From: Methanobacteriota archaeon
GTDB lineage: Archaea > Thermoplasmatota > Poseidoniia > Poseidoniales > Thalassarchaeaceae
Reading direction: 5' to 3'
NCBI GenBank assembly: GCA_002722735.1
Contig: PBMR01000009.1
Span: forward strand, 42,881-106,880
DNA length: 64,000 nt
A program made the position numbers and the translations under genes. Positions 8,696 through 16,548 of this stretch are shown in pieces. Within the stretch, counting starts at the first letter, position 1; each line of letters starts with the position of its first letter. The notes beneath the pieces are model-generated. The model worked only from the letters and a program-made list of their open reading frames with translations. It was not told where the DNA came from and searched no databases.

Positions 8696-8908
8696 CTAGT
8701 CTTCCCTGCGCTGCTTGTACCTGGTGATGTATCCGGCAATCCAGTTTCTCATGCGCTTGTTCATCACATTGCCGTCCTCATCAACGAGGTCGGTGAACCT
8801 CCCCACAAGTTCCTTGTTGGTGTCGAAGTCGTCAGTGAACTGATCCGGGTAGTTCTCAACCAGGCGGAGGGCTCTGGACTTGATGAAAGAAGGACGGATG
8901 TTCCCCAT
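8696..8908 (-). CDS. rps17e: 30S ribosomal protein eS17
   Basis: [29 protein letters not shown], the typical archaeal S17e N-terminus. Confidence 0.9.
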   Translation of the reverse strand: MGNIRPSFIKSRALRLVENYPDQFTDDFDTNKELVGRFTDLVDEDGNVMNKRMRNWIAGYITRYKQRRED

Positions 8909-8910
8909 GA

Positions 8911-9174
8911 TCAGTCCTCCAGAAGCTTGACTTCGAGGGGAAAACCCTCCTCTCGTGTGCAGACGACGCGAATCTTCCGGGGTGGGTGCTGCATCCCACG
9001 TGACCAGATCGCATGGTTGACGGACTCGTCGATCCAGATGTCCTCGTCCTCGGTCTTCTTCATGTGCCTTGCCACGTGTAACTTGACCTCTGCCATGGCC
9101 CTCTTCGCCCTATTGGTTCGAGGAACTTTCCAAGCAGCCCTAAGTGGAATGGTCAACTCCTTCACCTCGGCCAA
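8911..9174 (-). CDS. rpl31e: 50S ribosomal protein eL31
   Basis: [42 protein letters not shown]. Confidence 0.9.
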   Translation of the reverse strand: MAEVKELTIPLRAAWKVPRTNRAKRAMAEVKLHVARHMKKTEDEDIWIDESVNHAIWSRGMQHPPRKIRVVCTREEGFPLEVKLLED

Positions 9175-9178
9175 ATTA

Positions 9179-9334
9179 TCACCTCTGTAGTTTGGAGCGA
9201 CGCCACATGTGCCGCTTGGGGTGGGTGTTGACCCTCCTGTTGGTCCTCATGACAACCCAAACGGGGACTCTCTTATTCTGCTTAGTGACCTTATTCAGCC
9301 TCTTCTTCTTGGCAGTGGGCTTGTTTCTGGCCAT
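9179..9334 (-). CDS. rpl39e: 50S ribosomal protein eL39 (51 aa, below the ORF-track cutoff)
   Basis: Hand translation of the minus strand gives [51 protein letters not shown]. Sits between rps19e and rpl31e. Confidence 0.9.
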   Translation of the reverse strand: MARNKPTAKKKRLNKVTKQNKRVPVWVVMRTNRRVNTHPKRHMWRRSKLQR

Positions 9335-9345
9335 CAAAACCCCTC

Positions 9346-9822
9346 CTATAACCGGTACCTATTGAGCCCGGGATATCGTTCCTCAGCATGGTCACGCACG
9401 GAATGGGCCACATCGTCCAGCAAGGAGTGCCCGGCTGGAGTCAACACCTTCCCTAGAATGACCGTTCCAGCGGTATTGTGCGAGTTGGTCACTAGGCCGG
9501 ACTCGGTGAGTTGCTGAAGAATCCTCCTAGAGATGCTCCTAGAACCAGCAACAGATTTGTTCTTCCGCACACCTCGATTCTTTGAACCCCCATATTCCTG
9601 AGCAATTCTGTTTGCTCCAATGGGCCCCTTATGACCGACTTTACGAAGCATGGCTGCAGCACGGGTGTGCCACCAATCTATCTGAGTTGGGGGGCGCTCA
9701 CGGTTGGAACCAGTCTTCACGTGAGCAGCCCATTCGGGCGGGGCGATTGCGTCGTAGGCGTGGAGCCTCTCTGCGAGACCACCAATCAGTTGGTCCGCCG
9801 GGACGTCGTAGTACGTGGTCAC
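9346..9822 (-). CDS. rps19e: 30S ribosomal protein eS19
   Basis: [44 protein letters not shown] start. Confidence 0.9.
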   Translation of the reverse strand: MTTYYDVPADQLIGGLAERLHAYDAIAPPEWAAHVKTGSNRERPPTQIDWWHTRAAAMLRKVGHKGPIGANRIAQEYGGSKNRGVRKNKSVAGSRSISRRILQQLTESGLVTNSHNTAGTVILGKVLTPAGHSLLDDVAHSVRDHAEERYPGLNRYRL

Positions 9823-9981
9823 TAAATCACCTGTGCGTGCCGCCCGTCCAACAGACCGTATTTAACCGTGATGACCCGGTTTTCGATTCTTGCCTTAGTA
9901 TATCGGGTGTCTTCGACAAGCATTGAAAACAAGTTGTCGAATGCCGCTGGTGTGAAGCGCTCCCTCTCAAAGAATCCAAAC

Positions 9982-10764
9982 ATGATTCGAACTATGATTG
10001 GAACAGGCATGACGCTGATCATCCTCCTCTCCTATGCTGTGTACTCGAATACTGTCGATTCAGAGTACTACGGTTACTCCACCACCAATGAGGCCTTGGT
10101 GATGGACCTACAGTCAGAAACTGAGGGCAAAGCCAGTTGGTTCTACACTACCCGGGCTGCCATCACATGGGTCAATGTGTCCGTTGATGGTGCTCCAGAT
10201 TCGGGAGCTACCTTAGTAGTCGAGGCAGAGGGCATTAACTCAGAGTGGTACTACTCTCCGAACCTAGGCTTGGTGAGTGGTACGAACTACGTCTGCAACG
10301 AGCCTGAGAGCGACTATTCGAGCATATTGGAGACGTGCTCTTTCGAACGCTCGCACAGCATGGAGTTGAGCGAGGGCTCCGGCATCATGAGGGGGCGGGC
10401 CTCCCTCGAACTCCCCATCGAGGGACTCGGGTTCCTCGAGAACGAGGATATTGGCAAAGCCGAAATCGAAGCTAGGGAGAAAATTGACACCCAGAACAAG
10501 ACGATTACGTGGAGGATCTCCATCGTGAGCGATGGCCAAGAAATCCCCAGCGACGACGTCGAAGTTCACGCGGTGGTCACAACCCACGAGTTCGTTAGCA
10601 TTGAGCAGTTCAAGATAGACCCAGTACAGGAGACCATCTACAGCTTCGCTAGTCTCGTGGGATGCTTCTTCCTAGTATTGGTCATTCCTTTGATGGTCTA
10701 CTTCTCCGCTGTCTACAAAGAGCGGAGGGATGAGGTCATTCGTCTATCCGTCTCAGAGGAGTAG
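9982..10764 (+). CDS. hypothetical surface/membrane protein (N-terminal and C-terminal TM segments)
   Basis: ORF trimmed to the ATG at 9982 (MIRTMIGTGMTLIILLSYAVY). C-terminal hydrophobic span followed by KERRDE. Confidence 0.55.
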   Translation: MIRTMIGTGMTLIILLSYAVYSNTVDSEYYGYSTTNEALVMDLQSETEGKASWFYTTRAAITWVNVSVDGAPDSGATLVVEAEGINSEWYYSPNLGLVSGTNYVCNEPESDYSSILETCSFERSHSMELSEGSGIMRGRASLELPIEGLGFLENEDIGKAEIEAREKIDTQNKTITWRISIVSDGQEIPSDDVEVHAVVTTHEFVSIEQFKIDPVQETIYSFASLVGCFFLVLVIPLMVYFSAVYKERRDEVIRLSVSEE

Positions 10765-10765
10765 T

Positions 10766-11164
10766 CTATGCCCCAAGACTTTCTGAGGGGTGGTTAACGC
10801 ACGGACCGGTGTCCCACTTCAACTCTTCAGGTTGAACAATTATCACTGCCAGACCTAGATTGAGAAAACTCTTGATCGAAAGGGCAACACGCTCGTTAAC
10901 TGGGGCAATCTTCTCGGCGAAGGCGAGGTCCATTCGAACCACAATTTCTGCTAGGTTGTTGTTTCCGTCCATAAGATTCCACAGCAGGGAGTTCATCTCG
11001 TCCAAAGTACGTTGGATGCTCTTGGGGGCCCTCATGAGATTGGATAGGAGCAGTTCGAATCCACTCAGTGACTTCTCATGCATTATGACGACCTGCCCAC
11101 TCTCAACAACTTCCCAGTAGACAGGGGCTCTTGTCGGGAATGATTTTGCCAACATATCAATCAC
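10766..11164 (-). CDS. PqqD-like (peptide-chaperone / RRE-type) protein
   Basis: TLDEMNSLLWNLMDGNNNLAEIVVRMDLAF....VALSIKSFLNLGLAVI resembles the PqqD-family pattern. Assignment is from memory of the family, not a search. Confidence 0.5.
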   Translation of the reverse strand: MIDMLAKSFPTRAPVYWEVVESGQVVIMHEKSLSGFELLLSNLMRAPKSIQRTLDEMNSLLWNLMDGNNNLAEIVVRMDLAFAEKIAPVNERVALSIKSFLNLGLAVIIVQPEELKWDTGPCVNHPSESLGA

Positions 11165-11337
11165 GCAGAAAACACCATGGCAATCAACGCTACGATTGCA
11201 AGGATTCCCGTACCTGCGAATGTTTTAGTGAGCCTGGTTCGCTCGGAGAAATTACTAGACCACCAAGTGGCCACACCAGAAGCAGCCGTGACAAAGAGCA
11301 AGTACTCGCTTCCCGATGGCAGTGCTCCCGAGGTCAC
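11161..11337 (-). CDS. small hypothetical membrane protein (58 aa, two hydrophobic spans), not in ORF track
   Basis: GTG-started ORF, (M)TSGALPSGSEYLLFVTAASGVATWWSSNFSERTRLTKTFAGTGILAIVALIAMVFSA*. Begins 5 nt after the upstream stop. Its TGA overlaps the GTG of the PqqD-like ORF (GTGA). Confidence 0.35.
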   Translation of the reverse strand: MTSGALPSGSEYLLFVTAASGVATWWSSNFSERTRLTKTFAGTGILAIVALIAMVFSA

Positions 11338-11342
11338 GTATA

Positions 11343-11888
11343 CTATCTCCTAAGTTTGACTGTACTGGTCACGAGCGATTCTGCCAGCCCACTGACGCGG
11401 TTTCGAATGGACTCCTCGATCAGTTGGCCCGATTCATCGAACGCACTTTCGACATTCCCAATGGCCACCTGCTCTGGCACGACCCAACCGTGAACCCACC
11501 TAGCAACGATCCTCATGTGGTTCAGAGTGTTGCTGTTAGTCCGCCCCCCCAAGGTGCTCATTAGGCCGAACACCTTACCAGAGGCCTGTTCGGAAGACAG
11601 CCAGTCTAGGTTGTTCTTCATCACACCGCTCATAGTGCCGTGGTACTCAGGGCTGGACAGAACGAACGCATCGGCCGATTCGGCCTTATCCTTGAACTTC
11701 TTGACATTCGGATGCGACCAACACCCCTCCTCCCCAACCATGGGGAGGGGGGTCTTCTCATTGTCCCATACGAAGGCCTCTGCTCCTGCCGTTCTGCAAT
11801 CCCCCAGCACCAATTCGAGAAGCCTTCCGTTTGATGATTCCATTTCGTAAGATCCGCTAATCCCCATTACGACAATATGACCGTCCAT
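11343..11888 (-). CDS. NAD(P)H-dependent FMN reductase family protein
   Basis: IVVMGISGS...ADAFVLSSPEYHGTMSGVMKNNLDWLS...GKVFGLMSTLGG. Trimmed to the ATG at 11888. Confidence 0.75.
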   Translation of the reverse strand: MDGHIVVMGISGSYEMESSNGRLLELVLGDCRTAGAEAFVWDNEKTPLPMVGEEGCWSHPNVKKFKDKAESADAFVLSSPEYHGTMSGVMKNNLDWLSSEQASGKVFGLMSTLGGRTNSNTLNHMRIVARWVHGWVVPEQVAIGNVESAFDESGQLIEESIRNRVSGLAESLVTSTVKLRR

Positions 11889-11972
11889 GGTTTGGGGACT
11901 CCCCTGCCCTTCATTATACCGACTGGACAAAATTTGCCAATACTTATCCCTCTGTCATTAGGCCCCCACTCT

Positions 11973-13178
11973 ATGGAGCAGGGAAGTATTGCGTCCCAAT
12001 TGCAGGAAGCAGGCTCTATGGCCAAGCGAGGTGACACAACTGCTGCAATCGAAGCCTACGAAGAGGTGATTGCTCATGATGCTGAAAATGCAACAGCGTG
12101 GTATTGCCTTGGCGTGCTATATTCGAATCAGGGTTCAGCAGAAAGGGCAATCGTGTCTTTCAAGGAGGTGGATAGGCTATTGCCGAATCACGGTCCAACA
12201 CTGTCGAACCTAGCGATTCTGCTCGAGGAAGAAGACCCGCCCAGGGCCTCGAAATACGCGAGAGCCGCCCACATATCATACCCTGATAACAAAGCCCTAG
12301 CTAGAATCTCATCCGCATCGGACGACCATCCTCCTCGAGTATTCCTGCAAGCCTCACCCTTATCCGAGCCTTCAGAAGGCCAGTCTGATGAGGGCGGCAT
12401 CACTCTCGATTCGGAAGAACCGTCCCCAATGAGTTCTGAGAGTATGATGATTGAGGCCGAGAGCCATACTTCCGCCGGCAATCACGCAGCGGCTGTGTCT
12501 GTCTGGAAGGGGCTGCTTGAGGGCGCCCAGGACTCGCCCGAGGTTTGGAGGGGATTGGGAGATGCTCTCGAAGCGGCTGGCTATCCCGACAGGGCTGCTC
12601 AGTGCCGACAGAGGGCCGATAGCATAGGGGAGGCTCAATACCAAGCAGTAACTCCTGTTGCCCTGGATGAGGATGAGCTTGAAGAGGCCCTGGTACAAGC
12701 CGCCTTGACGCATTCAAACGAAGAGTCCCCGCCCCTCGAGCGCAGCGGCGATCTCAATGCCTCGATAGAGTGGTACAATAAGGGCTTATCACTCCTTCAA
12801 GAGGACAAAGCCACCGAGGCCCTTACCTGCTTCGAAAAAGCGATTGGTGGTTGTCCTAAGGAAGAGGTCGAACTAAGGGTCAGAGCCCAGAATGGAAGAG
12901 GTCATGCATTGTTCAAATCCTCCCGATTCGCAGAGAGCGTCCTTGCATACCATACTGCAATCAACATGGATTCCAAAAGCGTCACGGGCAGGACCCTGTT
13001 CAACATGGGTTCCTCTTATGCGGCAGTCGAGCTATATGAAGACGCGATAAAATGCTTCACTCAGTCTTTGGAGAGGGGATTGGATAAGGAAGACGCCGAG
13101 CTCTGCGAGAAGCATATCAGCCGTTGCAGATTGCTTTCGAGGGAGCAGCTCAAGCGTCAAACCAGAGCATCCCGATAA
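11973..13178 (+). CDS. TPR-repeat protein
   Basis: Repeated A..YE.....P.NA.AWY.LG..Y...G....AI..F-type units at both ends, with an acidic linker between. ATG at 11973. Confidence 0.65.
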   Translation: MEQGSIASQLQEAGSMAKRGDTTAAIEAYEEVIAHDAENATAWYCLGVLYSNQGSAERAIVSFKEVDRLLPNHGPTLSNLAILLEEEDPPRASKYARAAHISYPDNKALARISSASDDHPPRVFLQASPLSEPSEGQSDEGGITLDSEEPSPMSSESMMIEAESHTSAGNHAAAVSVWKGLLEGAQDSPEVWRGLGDALEAAGYPDRAAQCRQRADSIGEAQYQAVTPVALDEDELEEALVQAALTHSNEESPPLERSGDLNASIEWYNKGLSLLQEDKATEALTCFEKAIGGCPKEEVELRVRAQNGRGHALFKSSRFAESVLAYHTAINMDSKSVTGRTLFNMGSSYAAVELYEDAIKCFTQSLERGLDKEDAELCEKHISRCRLLSREQLKRQTRASR

Positions 13179-13282
13179 TTGACAGCAATATTGTTCTGCA
13201 ATTTTCTGCATATGGGGCATTATTGATTTGCAGCAGAAAATCTCAGCAATCGTTGAAATAGAGGCCTCCAGCACATCGTACC

Positions 13283-13672
13283 ATGGACGACCTATGTGGC
13301 AAGAAACTCTCATTGCCAGTTACCACTCATTTTGATACCGTGGGCGTCACCATCGACTTCACCGAAGAGGCAAAAATAGCCATTAGAAGTGCATTGAACG
13401 GTGATGAGGGCACCCATGTCCTGATTGTCAGTGCCGACTCAGGTGGGTGTTCAGGGTACATGTACGATATGCAAGTCACCGAGGATCCCCTCGACGATGA
13501 GTTTCAGAGTGTCGAAGTCGATGGAATGAGAGTTCTAGTTCACAATAGGGACAGTGTAATGCTCTCTGGCATCACAATCGACTACAAGAACGAGTTAATG
13601 GGTGGTGGGTTCCAGATTCTCAATCCCAACGCAGGCAAATCGTGTGGCTGTGGTCAATCTTTTGGCGTGTAG
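13283..13672 (+). CDS. HesB/IscA-type iron-sulfur cluster insertion protein
   Basis: GGCSGYMYDM... and the C-terminal NPNAGKSCGCGQSF signature. Confidence 0.85.
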   Translation: MDDLCGKKLSLPVTTHFDTVGVTIDFTEEAKIAIRSALNGDEGTHVLIVSADSGGCSGYMYDMQVTEDPLDDEFQSVEVDGMRVLVHNRDSVMLSGITIDYKNELMGGGFQILNPNAGKSCGCGQSFGV

Positions 13673-13676
13673 GTCT

Positions 13677-14750
13677 TCAGTTCGGATCCGGTGTGAAATC
13701 AAATTCCTCTCTCTGTTCGATCCATTTGGATAGGGGTATAAGGGGGGATATCCTCAATGTCCCGTGGCTGCGGGTGAAAAGGTAGACCATCGGATCGAAC
13801 TCATCAACCATCTGGAGTTGGAATGTCTGCCTTACTGAACCCCCCCTTGTCCTGAAAAATACGATTTCGACGGTAATCCCGATTATGGTGGCTGTGTATA
13901 GAACTAGGAGCACGCTAATGGAGAAGGCAACAGGATCGTGGAATAACTCGCCAGTGCGAATAGATGAGCCGTACATGAGCTGCCTCGACAGCAGGAATAG
14001 GAGTCCCACACCGACCCAAGGGCCAAGAGCATCCTCGACGAAGGAGTCCATGGGGATGAGTCGTCTGTTAGTGGGGTCTGCGAAGGTCAGAGAACTCTCA
14101 GTCGCTGCTCTGATGACTGAGATCGCCGAAACCAGGACTATGTAGACGGCTGCACTGAGAAGAAGGACGTTGAACGAACTCAATGGCATGTACGAGACAA
14201 TCAGGTATGCGAATAGTCCGAGGAAGACCGTGATTGGCATACGATGTATCGATGCTAGCACCTTATCGAGCTCTTTTGCACCCTCCCCCAGACGCGGGAT
14301 GCCAATCACCTCCCATCGGGTGTACTGCTGGATAATTCGTGCGACGAGCGAGAGAATGCCCTTGTCGATGAGGATCCACTCAACAAGTCTGAGTACCGGC
14401 ATCATCGGCAATGTGATGATTGCTGCAAATAGGCCTACTAGGGGCCAAAGGACCAGGCTAGGGAAGAGGAGGAAGTGCTGAATCCTGAGGGGATGGAGCA
14501 AGTCAGATTCGATACGAGCTTGTCTATCGGAGATCAGATGGACCTTCCTTGCCTCGGCATCAAGCTCGGATCGATAACGGCTGAGTGGGATTCCAGAATC
14601 CAAGACCATTCGGACCTTTTCGCGGTAATGCTCTTGCTCGGGTTCGATGCCCACCCACCATCGCCAAGCAAAGGATACCGGAAGGGCGAGGAAGACAGGC
14701 GTGAGCAGTATCAATAGAGAGGTGAGCATTGCCTCCAGAGACTCAACCAC
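13677..14750 (-). CDS. hypothetical polytopic membrane protein
   Basis: 357-codon ORF with at least six hydrophobic spans. No family recognised. Confidence 0.5.
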   Translation of the reverse strand: MVESLEAMLTSLLILLTPVFLALPVSFAWRWWVGIEPEQEHYREKVRMVLDSGIPLSRYRSELDAEARKVHLISDRQARIESDLLHPLRIQHFLLFPSLVLWPLVGLFAAIITLPMMPVLRLVEWILIDKGILSLVARIIQQYTRWEVIGIPRLGEGAKELDKVLASIHRMPITVFLGLFAYLIVSYMPLSSFNVLLLSAAVYIVLVSAISVIRAATESSLTFADPTNRRLIPMDSFVEDALGPWVGVGLLFLLSRQLMYGSSIRTGELFHDPVAFSISVLLVLYTATIIGITVEIVFFRTRGGSVRQTFQLQMVDEFDPMVYLFTRSHGTLRISPLIPLSKWIEQREEFDFTPDPN

Positions 14751-14811
14751 ACATCGCCCCTACCCACGAGACCCAAGAATGAAGCGGTTCGGTTTGGGCT
14801 AAGGTGTCAAA

Positions 14812-15405
14812 TCATTGGGTGCTGGTGTAGTTACCAGCGACGGCACCCCAGTCTACGACGTTCCACCAAGCAGTGATGTAGTCCCCTCTAGCTGGTCCGA
14901 ACTTCTTGTAATAGGCATGCTCCCACAAGTCAAGACCAAGTATTGGTATTCCGTTACCAGAAATCAGGGGGTTGTCCTGATTAGGGGACGAACAGATGAA
15001 TAGAGACCCGTTCGATGAGCACAGCCACGCCCAACCACTGCCAAACCTGGATATTGCAGCATTGGTGAATTCGTCCTTCATACCTTCAATGGAACCAAAG
15101 GCATCATCGATGGCTATAGCCAGATCACCATCAGGACTCCCGCCACCGTCGGGCGACATCACTCTCCAGAACAGGTTGTGGTTCCAGTATCCGCCCCCGT
15201 TATTCCTCACAGCAGGGATGCCATTATGCTCGGTTAGCAACTCCTCAATTGATTTTTCAGCCATATTGGTGCCTTTGATGGCAGCATTGAGCTTTGCAGT
15301 ATAGCCAGCATGGTGCTTGGAATGGTGCAGTTCCATCGTCTCAGCATCAATGTGCGGCTCAAGGGCGTCATAGGCATATCTTAGATCAGGCAAATCGAAT
15401 CCCAT
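14812..15405 (-). CDS. sod: Fe/Mn superoxide dismutase
   Basis: MGFDLPDLRYAYDALEPHIDAETMELHHSKHH...DLWEHAYY. The ORF-track entry (to 15783) is an upstream read-through; the ATG at 15405 gives a 197-aa SOD. Confidence 0.92.
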   Translation of the reverse strand: MGFDLPDLRYAYDALEPHIDAETMELHHSKHHAGYTAKLNAAIKGTNMAEKSIEELLTEHNGIPAVRNNGGGYWNHNLFWRVMSPDGGGSPDGDLAIAIDDAFGSIEGMKDEFTNAAISRFGSGWAWLCSSNGSLFICSSPNQDNPLISGNGIPILGLDLWEHAYYKKFGPARGDYITAWWNVVDWGAVAGNYTSTQ

Positions 15406-15496
15406 GGTATCCTCCTCGCCATGGGAGTTTCTGATTTCAATGCTGCGGACAAATAGTCCTAGCAATATTGATGCATGTCTAGCGCGGGGTAGCAAT

Positions 15497-16465
15497 ATGG
15501 GTCGCATAGCAGTCACAGACGGAATGTCCGATGTAGCCGTATCAATGCTGAAGAATGCTGGGCATGAGGTCGTCCTAAGGCACCACGAGAAGGGGGAGAT
15601 TGCTAACGGGTCACTAGCAGCGTTCGACGCAGTGGTCATCAGAAGCGCAACCAAACTATTCGCTGAGGAAATCATGGCTTCTGTGAGGGTAGACGGGGGA
15701 ATCCGATTCATCGGTCGGGCAGGGGTTGGTGTGGACAACATCGACATAGAAGCGGCCACCGAACACGGGGTCGTCGTTTGCAATACCCCCGGTGCATCGA
15801 CTAGGAGTGTAGTCGAGATTACAATTGCTCACCTATTAGCCTCAACAAGGCACATAACAACTGCCGATAGGTCATTGCGCGACGGCCAGTGGGCGAAGAA
15901 GCACCTCAGGGGGACCGAGATTGGCGGAAAGAGGCTGGGACTTATCGGGTTTGGGCGAATCGCCAGGGGTGTTTCGGAAATCGCAACAGCATTTGGCATG
16001 GAAGTCCACGCATACGACCCCTACGTCAGCTCCTCTGACGTCGGCGTGACGATGCACGATGATGTTGACGAGGTGTTCAGGAACTGCACTCATGTCTCAA
16101 TTCACTGCAATCTAACTGAGGAGACTCGCCATTTGGTCAATTCCGATCGCATTTCTATGATGCCCGGTATAGGTGCTGACGGGACCGAGTGCGGAAATCA
16201 CATAGTCAGCTGTGCTAGGGGGGGCATCGTTGACGAGGCTGCGGCCGCAGAGGCCCTTCGGGCCGGTCAATTGAGCTCGCTAGCCTTGGACGTCTTCGAG
16301 ATTGAACCTCTTGGAGAAAGCCAGCTTCTTTCGCACAATAGCTTCCACGGAAGCCCGCACATCGCAGCATCTACTTCCGAGGCCCAAGCTCGAGTAGGGA
16401 CTGAAATGGCTACTCTGTTGATTGAGTTCTTCGAGACCGGCAAGCCTAGCACGGCTCTGAATTGA
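15497..16465 (+). CDS. D-isomer-specific 2-hydroxyacid dehydrogenase (phosphoglycerate dehydrogenase-like, no ACT domain)
   Basis: GRAGVGVDNID, GLIGFGRIARGV (NAD site), and CARGGIVDE with the catalytic H in SPHIAAST. Confidence 0.75.
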   Translation: MGRIAVTDGMSDVAVSMLKNAGHEVVLRHHEKGEIANGSLAAFDAVVIRSATKLFAEEIMASVRVDGGIRFIGRAGVGVDNIDIEAATEHGVVVCNTPGASTRSVVEITIAHLLASTRHITTADRSLRDGQWAKKHLRGTEIGGKRLGLIGFGRIARGVSEIATAFGMEVHAYDPYVSSSDVGVTMHDDVDEVFRNCTHVSIHCNLTEETRHLVNSDRISMMPGIGADGTECGNHIVSCARGGIVDEAAAAEALRAGQLSSLALDVFEIEPLGESQLLSHNSFHGSPHIAASTSEAQARVGTEMATLLIEFFETGKPSTALN

Positions 16466-16548
16466 ATTGCAGTTTGAAATAATCAACAGCAATCGTTTGC
16501 TACGCACAAAGCTTGCAAAGAAGTGGTTTCAGAAAACCCATGCGTAGC

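Noticed and set aside
8438-9190. 250-aa plus-strand ORF across the SpoU, rps17e and rpl31e genes
   Set aside because: It is antisense to three genes with unmistakable family signatures, so it is a shadow ORF.
9822-10022. 66-aa minus-strand ORF immediately upstream of rps19e
   Set aside because: It would overlap the start of the divergent membrane-protein gene and leave no promoter space for either gene. No family resemblance. The region is more likely the shared promoter.
15406-15783. N-terminal 126 codons of the 323-aa ORF 14812..15783 (-)
   Set aside because: Superoxide dismutase homology starts exactly at the ATG at 15405 (MGFDLPDLRYAYDALEPH). The upstream part overlaps the divergent dehydrogenase gene on the other strand and has no SOD similarity.
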